DNA from: Patescibacteria group bacterium
GTDB lineage: Bacteria > Patescibacteriota > Minisyncoccia > Phycocordibacterales > UBA9973
Assembly: GCA_028865035.1 (NCBI GenBank)
Contig: JAGWLB010000004.1
Location: forward strand, 1,294-65,293
Direction: 5' to 3'
DNA: 64,000 nt
Shown: in pieces, positions 1-8,295 of the stretch
Numbering within the stretch: the stretch's first letter is position 1
Layout: the number at the start of each line of letters is the position of its first letter
The notes under the pieces: generated by a model
Told to the model about the DNA's origin: nothing
The model's database searches: none
The model's input: only the letters and a program-made list of their open reading frames with translations
Position numbers and translations under genes: made by a program

Positions 1-175
1 TCTTATTCATATCGATATTTATTGGTTTCCACAAAAGACAAAATTATATCTTCTCTGGGAACAAATAAATATAAACATAATGAACGATTAAACTGCAAAT
101 TAACATATGCATATCAATTTGTCAATTTCAAATATATATTTGTATATTTAGACTTACTTGAATTTAAACGAGTTG

Positions 176-703
176 TTACAACTTAAGATATTTAAAAAGT
201 AATTCATATTCTTTTGGGCGTGACACAAAAGACGTATCTTTGCTATCTATAATTTTTTTTAACTCAACACCGGAAATATATTTCACTTCTGATACTTCTT
301 CTTCCTGTTTTTTAACATTGTTCAAATCTAAATCCATTCTAACTACATAGATAGGGTTTATTTCATTATTTATAAATCCTTTCCTTGCATATTTTTGTTG
401 TATTGTTCCGATAAGAATAAAATCCTCAGCAGAAAGTCCTAAACCTAGCTCTTCACTTGCCTCTCGTAAAGCAGCTGTTATATTATCTTCACCCGTAGAT
501 ACATGCCCTGCAACTGAAATATCCCATTTATTGGGATCGCTATCCATCAATGGAGATCTTTTTTGTATTAATAATTCATTCTTCGAGTTAATGATCCATA
601 TATGAACAGATCTATGCCAAAAACCTTTTTCATGAGCTTCATTCTTGGAAATTTTAATTCCGGTTAAATTTCCTTCCTCATCACACATATCTAAATATTC
701 CAT
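176..703 (-). CDS. NUDIX hydrolase (IPP isomerase type 1-like)
   Basis: HRSVHIWIINS, AGHVSTGE and AALREASEELGL Nudix box. Confidence 0.85.
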   Translation of the reverse strand: MEYLDMCDEEGNLTGIKISKNEAHEKGFWHRSVHIWIINSKNELLIQKRSPLMDSDPNKWDISVAGHVSTGEDNITAALREASEELGLGLSAEDFILIGTIQQKYARKGFINNEINPIYVVRMDLDLNNVKKQEEEVSEVKYISGVELKKIIDSKDTSFVSRPKEYELLFKYLKL

Positions 704-839
704 AATAAAATTATAACAAAAGTTCTTAGATCACTAAAGTAATAAATAAACATTATTATGTTCTAGTTAAGATGCTATATTGACTAATACCAAGGAAATG
801 GTAATGTATAGAAAAACTATTCATTTAAATATAATTATT

Positions 840-1406
840 ATGGAAACAACAGATATTCGTAAGAAACTGATTAGTCCTAAACTTTTGAGTGATCAAATTA
901 GCATTACTGAAATACCTAAAAAAATCTACGAACACTTCTATACAAAGAGAATTTCTGAAGAGATAAAAAGAATAGAAAGTGATGGAAAAATTAGATTATG
1001 GTATCGACTACAAATTAAACCTGAATATAAAAATGACCAGGTAATTGCTAGTTTTATAAAAAGAGATGATGGAGATGCTATTGAAACTAGATTTACTCTA
1101 ATGACATGGTATCCGCCTCTTGAGCGCTTCGGGGATCCTTATGATTTTGAAATTTTTTCTAATTTGCAATCAAGAGGATGGTCTCATAATGATGGTAATC
1201 GTTTTATAGAAGTTCTTTCTTATAGGACAAATACTATTAACAATCACGCTATTGAAGCAAATCATTCATTAACAGATTATGTAGCAATGGCATTAATAGA
1301 GATGAGAAATTTGCTTATGGACAAAAAAATTGTTCAGCAAGAATTTATTGATAATTCTCCCAGCCATATAGTTAATAATTCTGCAAAAAATAAAACAAAG
1401 GTGTAA
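840..1406 (+). CDS. hypothetical protein (orphan); start moved to ATG 840
   Basis: Open frame; the TTG at 780 is part of a TTGACT -35 box; terminator follows. Confidence 0.7.
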   Translation: METTDIRKKLISPKLLSDQISITEIPKKIYEHFYTKRISEEIKRIESDGKIRLWYRLQIKPEYKNDQVIASFIKRDDGDAIETRFTLMTWYPPLERFGDPYDFEIFSNLQSRGWSHNDGNRFIEVLSYRTNTINNHAIEANHSLTDYVAMALIEMRNLLMDKKIVQQEFIDNSPSHIVNNSAKNKTKV

Positions 1407-1421
1407 TATCCTTTGTTTTTT
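1392..1421 (+). terminator. intrinsic terminator
   Basis: AAAACAAAGG-N8-CCTTTGTTTT plus T tract. Confidence 0.6.
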
Positions 1422-1498
1422 ATTTCTAAATATTTATGTAATCATTTACGTATAGAACTATAACTCCATTTTTATATATATAAAATATTTAAATTAGA

Positions 1499-1526
1499 AA
1501 ATGACCTGTCGTATGACAGGTCATTT
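1499..1526. terminator. 12-bp stem-loop, probable terminator of the small ORF
   Basis: AAATGACCTGTC-GTAT-GACAGGTCATTT. Confidence 0.6.
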
Positions 1527-1682
1527 CTTGATTTTTGGCTGTTTGTGAGTAGGTTGAACCATCATATCCTTAACCTTACCATCAAGACGTGGAGGACGAG
1601 TTAAATGGTTTTGTTCTCGTATGAGTTTCTTTTTATCAGCCACTCGTACGCTGCTTAATTTTTTAATTTTTAAAGTATTCAT
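1521..1682 (-). CDS. small basic protein, 53 aa (not in ORF track)
   Basis: MNTLKIKKLSSVRVADKKKLIREQNHLTRPPRLDGKVKDMMVQPTHKQPKIKK; TACTAT just upstream, hairpin over the stop. Confidence 0.55.
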   Translation of the reverse strand: MNTLKIKKLSSVRVADKKKLIREQNHLTRPPRLDGKVKDMMVQPTHKQPKIKK

Positions 1683-1750
1683 ATATATAGTAACGCTAAT
1701 TAATTTGTATAAGATATCAATCTTTATAATCTATTTTATTTATTTTAGAA

Positions 1751-2614
1751 TTAAGTGGTCTGTGCCCTAAATCTCCAACTAAAGATTCCCCATTGCCCTA
1801 ATTCTTTGTCTGCTAGTTGCATTAAGCGTGTCTGTTCTGCCTCCATATTACGAATCTGTTCCATAAGAGTTGCCTGTACTTGTGCATTAGTAGATTCATT
1901 TATAAGTTTTTTAAGCTCCTGTATCCTAAGCATATTCTGCTCTTGTTCTTGCTGGATGATACGTGCATTTGTCTTATCGCCACCAAAGAATAGGCGTGCC
2001 CAAAATCCTCGGGATTGAATCCCTGCTTCTGCATTAATCGTTGATTGCACGGTATTATTTATTTGATTTGCAATTTGCATCGCTTGTGGCCCAACTGTTC
2101 CTAGTAAACCCTCCGAAGAATATATAGCCTGTACCGCAAGCCTAGTCCTATTTTGATTTTGTATAACTTCGCGATACTGTTGTGTTTCGTTAGTTGCCTC
2201 TTGGTTTAGTTCTTGTTCTCGATTCTGTATTGTATTCTGAAGTTGTTGAGGACTTCCTGCAGGAGTTCCAGGAGTTTCTAAATCAACATTTATAATGTTT
2301 CTGTTTTGCTGTTGCATCTGGTTTTGGCTTGGCACTGCAGTAGTTGTACTACTTGTGGGATCCTGTATACGATCCTGGTCCCGTGTTTGATCTTGAATAG
2401 GTTCGTCTCCTGTGTGGGTAGTAGGATCTTGGATTCTATCTCTATCCTGTATTTGATCCCCAGAGCCTGAACCTGAACCTGCTGCTGTTGTGCCACTTCC
2501 ACCTGCTGACCCACCTTGTGCAAACACATCATGTTGTGCAAAAGACAGCGTAATTATAAGTGCTAGAGTAAACGTAAACATGAACGTATTTAATTTTTGT
2601 TTTTTATTTTTCAT
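1751..2614 (-). CDS. secreted Gln-rich coiled-coil protein with QDRD(R/Q) repeats
   Basis: Signal peptide (..SFA/VFA-Q), G/S linker, IQDRDRIQDPT and QDQTRDQDRIQDPT repeats. Confidence 0.75.
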   Translation of the reverse strand: MKNKKQKLNTFMFTFTLALIITLSFAQHDVFAQGGSAGGSGTTAAGSGSGSGDQIQDRDRIQDPTTHTGDEPIQDQTRDQDRIQDPTSSTTTAVPSQNQMQQQNRNIINVDLETPGTPAGSPQQLQNTIQNREQELNQEATNETQQYREVIQNQNRTRLAVQAIYSSEGLLGTVGPQAMQIANQINNTVQSTINAEAGIQSRGFWARLFFGGDKTNARIIQQEQEQNMLRIQELKKLINESTNAQVQATLMEQIRNMEAEQTRLMQLADKELGQWGIFSWRFRAQTT

Positions 2615-2673
2615 AATATTTAATAGTTAATATTAATAGCACTATTTTAATTTTCGTATTGATATCTAAATAT

Positions 2674-2702
2674 GTCCATAATTTTCAATGAAAATTATGG
2701 AC
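2674..2702. promoter_or_regulatory. perfect 29-bp palindrome, candidate operator
   Basis: GTCCATAATTTTCA-A-TGAAAATTATGGAC, 60 bp upstream of the 2614 start. Confidence 0.5.
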
Positions 2703-2923
2703 TCTAAAAAAACACTTATTTTACAATGAAAAATCACCGACAAAATGACAACAAAAAAGTTGTCATTTAATGATTATTAATTATCATATTCCTTTGCATG
2801 ATTGAATAATTCTAGCCATGAATATTATGCTTCCAATTTGGCTTCTTAGTTTTAAAAAGTAAATATTAGACTGAAAAATTTTTTTAACATTTCTACGAGT
2901 TTGAAACAAAATTTTAAATAAAA

Positions 2924-2953
2924 AAACTAGCAAAACTTCCGCTTTGCTAGTTT
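2924..2953 (-). terminator. intrinsic terminator
   Basis: AAACTAGCAAA-N8-TTTGCTAGTTT after the 2973 stop. Confidence 0.65.
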
Positions 2954-2972
2954 ATATTGTAATAAAAAGATA

Positions 2973-3680
2973 TTAAGTTTCTTTTTTCAATGACTTTATT
3001 CCAGTTTCAATAAATGCATCTCTTGTTAAATTAGGAATAACAATTCTGCCCTCGACAATCTGAATTTGAACATCAGTTGAATAGAATTCGACATTACTTT
3101 GTTTCATATTGTCAAATATCTGTCCCAGCATTTCTCTCAACGAAAGCCTTTTTAAAACAAACTCATCCATTATTGTTTCTAATCGATTACCCAGTTTGTT
3201 AAGACGAACCAACTCTAAGTTAAAAACTTCAGTAGGTTCATTCACTTTTTCAGGTGGTTCAATAAGTTTTCCATTTCCATTTTTGTGGATTACTGTATCT
3301 AACAGTTCTCTGGGAACATCAACTTTTTGATCACTTTTATAGCTACCATCTTCCTGGTCACTAATATTTGATAAATTACCTGAAACAGAGTTAAGAGTTC
3401 TTTTCTTTCTTTCATCGAATATCCATGACTTATTAACAACACTAATTGAATCTCCTTTGATTTCAATTAAGGAACCAGATGGTAGTTTTTCTCTAAAATC
3501 TTTACATAAAGATTCCATACTTTCCTGAAATCCTAGTGTTAAACCTAAAACAGAAAACCTTTTATCCTTATTAGCGATTATTAGTCTAAAATCCCCTTTT
3601 CCAGTTTTTGGATCATATCCTTTTAACTCTTTGTTGTATAAAAGATTTTTAGCAATCTTTTTAGCTTCATTTACGTGCAT
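2973..3680 (-). CDS. hypothetical protein (orphan)
   Basis: 235-aa ORF with own promoter (TTGACT-16-TAGTAT, 3837-3810) and terminator. Confidence 0.75.
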   Translation of the reverse strand: MHVNEAKKIAKNLLYNKELKGYDPKTGKGDFRLIIANKDKRFSVLGLTLGFQESMESLCKDFREKLPSGSLIEIKGDSISVVNKSWIFDERKKRTLNSVSGNLSNISDQEDGSYKSDQKVDVPRELLDTVIHKNGNGKLIEPPEKVNEPTEVFNLELVRLNKLGNRLETIMDEFVLKRLSLREMLGQIFDNMKQSNVEFYSTDVQIQIVEGRIVIPNLTRDAFIETGIKSLKKET

Positions 3681-3711
3681 AAAAATAGTTTTTAGATGAA
3701 TTAATATTGTT

Positions 3712-3767
3712 TATTGATTAAATAATCTTGCTCTCCAATAGTGAAGTTCAAGATTATTTAATCAATA
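3712..3767. repeat. 19-bp perfect inverted repeat in a 5' leader
   Basis: TATTGATTAAATAATCTTG-N18-CAAGATTATTTAATCAATA. Confidence 0.85.
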
Positions 3768-3943
3768 GCAATAAGATTGTGGTTTATTTAAAAGAACGAA
3801 TATTGTCGAATACTATCATAAAATAAATTTAAGTCAAATTAGTTAAAAATATATTTAAATTCTCACTCACCTCCCATATGTCTTAACTAATGCAGTATAC
3901 CCTGCCTTATTTCTTCTTATCAATTTAGTTATATTAAAATCAT

Positions 3944-4165
3944 ATGAAAAACACAAAATTTTTACATCCAAATACATTAAAGGAACATAGGTTAAAAGCA
4001 GGTCTTACACAAAGACAAGTATCCAGTTATATGGGATTTAATAGCGAAGATAGGATCAGTCGTTGGGAACAAGGACAAGCCTTCCCTAGTCTTCAGAATA
4101 CATTGAAATTAGCGAAGTTGTTTAATGTGCATCCTGGAGAATTGTATCCGGAGTTGAATATTTAA
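3944..4165 (+). CDS. XRE-family HTH transcriptional regulator
   Basis: LKEHRLKAGLTQRQVS..ISRWEQG..PS HTH_3 pattern. Confidence 0.9.
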   Translation: MKNTKFLHPNTLKEHRLKAGLTQRQVSSYMGFNSEDRISRWEQGQAFPSLQNTLKLAKLFNVHPGELYPELNI

Positions 4166-4179
4166 GCCAGATAGTAAAC

Positions 4180-4207
4180 TTGACTTTTACCTAATATTAA
4201 GTATAAT
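4180..4207 (+). promoter_or_regulatory. sigma70 promoter
   Basis: TTGACT-16-TATAAT. Confidence 0.7.
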
Positions 4208-4301
4208 GAAGCAAAACAAATACAGGTTGATTTTTGGAGCCATTCCTAAATAAATGGATTCAGTAATCAACCTATATTTTGAAACTTATAAACCTTAAAA
4301 A

Positions 4302-4889
4302 ATGGAAAAAACGTCTTCTTTATCTAAAGGATTTGATCTTTTAGAATTTTGCAAAAAATACGACTTGGATCTTCAACGCACAGCTAATCAGCTGGGAGTA
4401 AAGATTCCTAAAGCCAAATTTAAAAAAGTCAGGCAGTTATCTGAAGCAAAAAATGGGCTTATGAGAGCCAGTGGTGATAACAGCGATGAAGTTAAATTTT
4501 ATGCTGAAAAGTGGATTGAATTAGCCACTTGCCCGGAAGAACTTTCAGATATTTTTGATGAATTGAGTGCAGATAAAGCTCAAGGAAATGACAACAGGGG
4601 TGAACTTTACACAAAAGCGAATAATAAGTTCAAAAAATTATGTTTCGCTAAAATTAAAACCTCAAATTTACAGGAATTAAAAGATTTACATCTTTTAATA
4701 AAAGACCGGGCGTATGAGAAAGTTGATATTGAGCTTTTTAAAAAATGGGGAGATAAAGCACACAACCTTAAAGAATTGGCTGAACTTCATGAGGCACTCG
4801 ATGATTATTTAGGATTAGAACCTTTTGATAAATTAAGTAAAGATGTTTTGGTAAGACTAGCCAGTTTCCATGGGTTTGAACCCAAATAA
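4302..4889 (+). CDS. hypothetical helical protein (orphan)
   Basis: 195-aa ORF between a promoter and a terminator. Confidence 0.75.
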   Translation: MEKTSSLSKGFDLLEFCKKYDLDLQRTANQLGVKIPKAKFKKVRQLSEAKNGLMRASGDNSDEVKFYAEKWIELATCPEELSDIFDELSADKAQGNDNRGELYTKANNKFKKLCFAKIKTSNLQELKDLHLLIKDRAYEKVDIELFKKWGDKAHNLKELAELHEALDDYLGLEPFDKLSKDVLVRLASFHGFEPK

Positions 4890-4900
4890 AGCAAGTTCCT

Positions 4901-4938
4901 AAAACTGTTACTTATAATAAATGAGTAACAGTTTTTTT
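4901..4938 (+). terminator. intrinsic terminator
   Basis: AAAACTGTTACT..AGTAACAGTTTT plus T tract. Confidence 0.7.
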
Positions 4939-5019
4939 ATTGCCTAACAATATGCTTGAGGTCAATTAAGGATTATTCCCTTTCTTATACTTCCCTATTT
5001 ATTTGTTTATATTATTCAT

Positions 5020-5256
5020 ATGAACAAATATTATAAAAAGGATGAGGACACTATTATTAGCCCAATGAGAACAGAAAAAGAATTATTAAATTTAGAAGAC
5101 AATTTGCATACAGATGAAATAGCAGAAACTATGAATGAGTTAGGTAGTGTTTTACAGAAAATACGCAATCGACTTATCAAAGAAGGTTATAGGATTGAGG
5201 ATGGTGTGTTATATTCACCTGATGGAAGTGTGGAATATAGAGGACCCAAAAGATAG
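5020..5256 (+). CDS. hypothetical protein
   Basis: 78-aa ORF, TATATT 6 nt upstream of ATG. Confidence 0.65.
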   Translation: MNKYYKKDEDTIISPMRTEKELLNLEDNLHTDEIAETMNELGSVLQKIRNRLIKEGYRIEDGVLYSPDGSVEYRGPKR

Positions 5257-5502
5257 ATCTGTTATTTTTAAATTATAGATATATCAAATGTTAAATATAA
5301 TATCAGGTGTACCACACACAACCTGCCCTTCAGAATTGCAAATCTACCCTCCAAAATACACTGAAGAGTATAAGACGAATTAAGTAATTATAGTAAGGAT
5401 CACTCACACTAAGTATGTGAAAAACTATGATATAATATCATTGATAATATTTTAGATAGGATGAGAGGTGTCTTTCTTAAGTCCTCCAAGTGACTCATAT
5501 AT

Positions 5503-6366
5503 ATGTGGATACCAGATGAAATGAAAAAGTGTGTTGCCTTTCTTTGTATAAAAAACAAAGAGGGAGTAATAACACCTGGAGGAACTGGGTTTTTTATCTC
5601 TGTGGCATCTAAAACAAATTCTAATAGGATTTACACATACTTTGTAACCGCAAGGCATAATATTATTGCAATAGGACAAAAAGATTTTTGGCTTAGAATA
5701 AATAGTAAGGACGGAAAATTATTAGAATTACCTGGTAATAGTAATGTTAAGTGGTTCTATAACCCTAATCATGAACAAAACCCTGCCGATGTTGCTCTTA
5801 TGCGATTTCCTATCTTTGAGAATAAAATTGACGCACTAGCAGTTCCTCCACCTATGTATGAAAAGACTGAGGAGTTGATAAATAGTGGAGAGCTTGGAAT
5901 CGGAAACGAGGTTTTTATAACTGGTCTTTTTACTAGACTTTCAGGGAAGCAAGAAAATTTACCTATTATTAGAATGGGTAATATTGCTATGATTCCTAAT
6001 GAAAAGGTTCCTACTAAAGATTTTGGCAACATGGACGCTTATCTTATTGAAGCTCGTTCAATTGGAGGTGTTAGTGGTTCTCCAGTATTCTTTTGCAAGC
6101 CTCAACAAACCAATAAGGGATTTATACCTGGTGTTGAATTTTATTTAGGAGGTCTTATACATGGCCATTGGGACACACTAGAAGAAAATATAGACTCTTT
6201 TTTAGCAACTGAGGATGCAAAAGAGAGTAAGAATATAAATATGGGAATTGCGATTGTAACACCAATAGCAAAAATTATAGAGACATTAAATTGTGAAGAA
6301 CTAATGCAAGAGAGAGTAGAGAATGATAAACTAATGGAAAAGGGAAACACCCCCATTGCCGATTAG
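5503..6366 (+). CDS. trypsin-like serine protease, cytoplasmic, no PDZ
   Basis: GGTGFF, VTARH (His), PADVAL (Asp), GGVSGSP (Ser). Confidence 0.85.
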   Translation: MWIPDEMKKCVAFLCIKNKEGVITPGGTGFFISVASKTNSNRIYTYFVTARHNIIAIGQKDFWLRINSKDGKLLELPGNSNVKWFYNPNHEQNPADVALMRFPIFENKIDALAVPPPMYEKTEELINSGELGIGNEVFITGLFTRLSGKQENLPIIRMGNIAMIPNEKVPTKDFGNMDAYLIEARSIGGVSGSPVFFCKPQQTNKGFIPGVEFYLGGLIHGHWDTLEENIDSFLATEDAKESKNINMGIAIVTPIAKIIETLNCEELMQERVENDKLMEKGNTPIAD

Positions 6367-6419
6367 TTGTTAGTTATATAATTTCGCGTATGAATAAAAA
6401 ATAGTTTTTAATTGATTGT

Positions 6420-6440
6420 TAGATATACCATTGAGTAACC
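6420..6440 (+). repeat. 21-bp direct repeat (copy 2 at 7748-7768, overlapping the tRNA-Glu 3' end); att-like
   Basis: TAGATATACCATTGaGTaACC vs TAGATATACCATTGgGTgACC, 19/21 identical. Confidence 0.7.
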
Positions 6441-6481
6441 ATTTGTGTAAATAATTCGAATTTAAGTGGTAAATATAAGTA

Positions 6482-7165
6482 TTAAGCTGCTTTAATAAGT
6501 TTATAGTTATCAATATTTTGATTAATCCTTATTGCATGCTCAATATAGTAATTTACATTTACCCTAAAATTATCCCATGTAACTGGGTAAATATACGAAT
6601 GATCATCACCAGTATGAATCACACCACATATTCCATTAGGGCATCCTATAGTTTTGGGTTGTATCCTGTTGAACATATTACCTCCTAGAATTTTAAATAA
6701 AGTATCTTGTTTCCATCTAGTATTATTACAATTAGTGCATCCTGATGGCTCAACAAAATATTCATAACTTCCATTTTCGTCTGGAATAACTACAGCCAAC
6801 ATGGCATTAGTTCTACTTTTCCTATCCCATCTTGTTTTTTCTCTTAAAGAATAAGCTATTTCCCAGGGTATCCATTGATCTGTCTCGGGCATATAATTAT
6901 CTTTCATATTTTTAGAAATTAAGACTATTGTAACAGAGCTATCATAAATTTTATCTCGTAAATTAGAAGCAATCGTATCGTCTTTAAATCCACTCATATC
7001 TTCTCCGTCATCTTCACCTTTATTTATGTGATCATTAGAATCTATAAGACCTTGAATAAAGTCAACATAGTGTCTAACTGTTGTGGGGTCGTTTTCTCCG
7101 TACCTAGGAATATGTAATACACTAGAATCGCTATATTTATAACTTACAAAAATTTTCCTGGCCAT
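6482..7165 (-). CDS. TIR domain protein (MTH538/DUF1863, ThsB-like)
   Basis: KIFVSY, SSVTIVLIS, WIPWEIAYS (catalytic Glu); Cys/His-rich C-terminal part. Confidence 0.85.
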   Translation of the reverse strand: MARKIFVSYKYSDSSVLHIPRYGENDPTTVRHYVDFIQGLIDSNDHINKGEDDGEDMSGFKDDTIASNLRDKIYDSSVTIVLISKNMKDNYMPETDQWIPWEIAYSLREKTRWDRKSRTNAMLAVVIPDENGSYEYFVEPSGCTNCNNTRWKQDTLFKILGGNMFNRIQPKTIGCPNGICGVIHTGDDHSYIYPVTWDNFRVNVNYYIEHAIRINQNIDNYKLIKAA

Positions 7166-7168
7166 AAT

Positions 7169-7576
7169 TTATATAAAAAAATAAATAATAATTAAAACTA
7201 TAATTAAAGAAAGATAAAAAAATGATATAGTATTTGCACAAAAAGTAGCGCAAAGATTATTCCCTATCTCATTTCTATAGGGTTTTGTATTCATTGAAAA
7301 ATCAATTTCCTTTCCTTCAAGTTTTCTTACATGATTATACAAACTACGGAACAATCTTTCTTCAAGTAGATAATATCCATCTAAAACCCAAAAAATAAAA
7401 ATCGGAAATAGAGCAAGCCAAATATACTTATGATTGGCATCTTTTGCAGACAAAGCAAAAATACCCGCAATAAGAGTAATAGTCCATCCTTTTAACAAGA
7501 AAGAATTAACTGCCATTCTTGTAATAATTATCTGTATAAAATCCAAATGTTTATGTTTATCTGATATATCTGTCAT
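7169..7576 (-). CDS. small multi-pass membrane protein, TIR-associated; start moved to ATG 7576
   Basis: KHLDFIQIIITRMAVNSFLLKGW, ~3 hydrophobic segments, LDGYYLLEERLFRSLY; 3 bp from the TIR gene. Confidence 0.8.
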   Translation of the reverse strand: MTDISDKHKHLDFIQIIITRMAVNSFLLKGWTITLIAGIFALSAKDANHKYIWLALFPIFIFWVLDGYYLLEERLFRSLYNHVRKLEGKEIDFSMNTKPYRNEIGNNLCATFCANTISFFYLSLIIVLIIIYFFI

Positions 7577-7763
7577 ATTTTCATCATTTATTGCAAAAAA
7601 TAATAACAATTTAATTGTATGCCTATTTACATAGAAATCAAGCACATAAATTAAATTAAAAGTTCGACTCCCTGTAGGGTTTAACTCAAATTGTGGGAAA
7701 TAGCAATTTCTATATCCTTTATTTTAAAAGGATATTTACTTACTTGGTAGATATACCATTGGG

Positions 7764-7835
7764 TGACCCTACAGGGAATCGAACCCTGATTACCGCCTTG
7801 AGAAGGCGATGTCCTAACCGTTAGACGATAGGGCC
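7764..7835 (-). tRNA. tRNA-Glu(CTC)
   Basis: GGCCCTA..TAGGGTC-A cloverleaf, anticodon loop TT-CTC-AA, GTTCGATTC. Confidence 0.95.
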
Positions 7836-7995
7836 ATGCAGCGATGTCCGCTATATTCTAACTTGGTTAGACGATAGGGCCATATGTACACGCAAGAAAA
7901 ATATAGCATTTTTATATGAAAAATCAAAAATAATTTATCATAAAAAAAACAGCCACACATAGTGTAGTGACTGGTTTTAAGATTATAAATAATTG

Positions 7996-8202
7996 TTAGA
8001 CAACAGCAGAAGCATTATTACTTTGTGAAATAAAAGCAAAATTGTTTTTAGTATTACAAGATTTTTTTGCTTGCTCTATAATGCTTTTAGAAGCACCGGC
8101 TTGCCGTAATAATGTTACTACGGTTTGTACATTTTTTGATGCACTAATGGCAAGTTGTGATTTTGACTTTTGGACGGGATTAGAGACTCTCATTAATTTC
8201 AT
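7996..8202 (-). CDS. small hypothetical protein (orphan)
   Basis: 68 aa from ATG 8202; TTGACA-16-TATAAT upstream (8289-8262); terminator-like hairpin at ~7944-7978. Confidence 0.5.
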   Translation of the reverse strand: MKLMRVSNPVQKSKSQLAISASKNVQTVVTLLRQAGASKSIIEQAKKSCNTKNNFAFISQSNNASAVV

Positions 8203-8295
8203 AACTAACAATATTTTTTGGGTTTTAAAAAATAACAATACAATTTATACAATTGATAAGTATTATACATTTTACTGTATTTATGTCAATAAATA

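Noticed and set aside
2350-2520. Short repeats such as GGATCCTG and CCTGAACCTGAACC
   Set aside because: Explained by protein-level QDRD and GS repeats.
5461-5502. In-frame ATG..TGA upstream of the protease, suggesting TGA recoding (code 25)
   Set aside because: Conserved genes translate fully under code 11 and tsaC ends in TGA.
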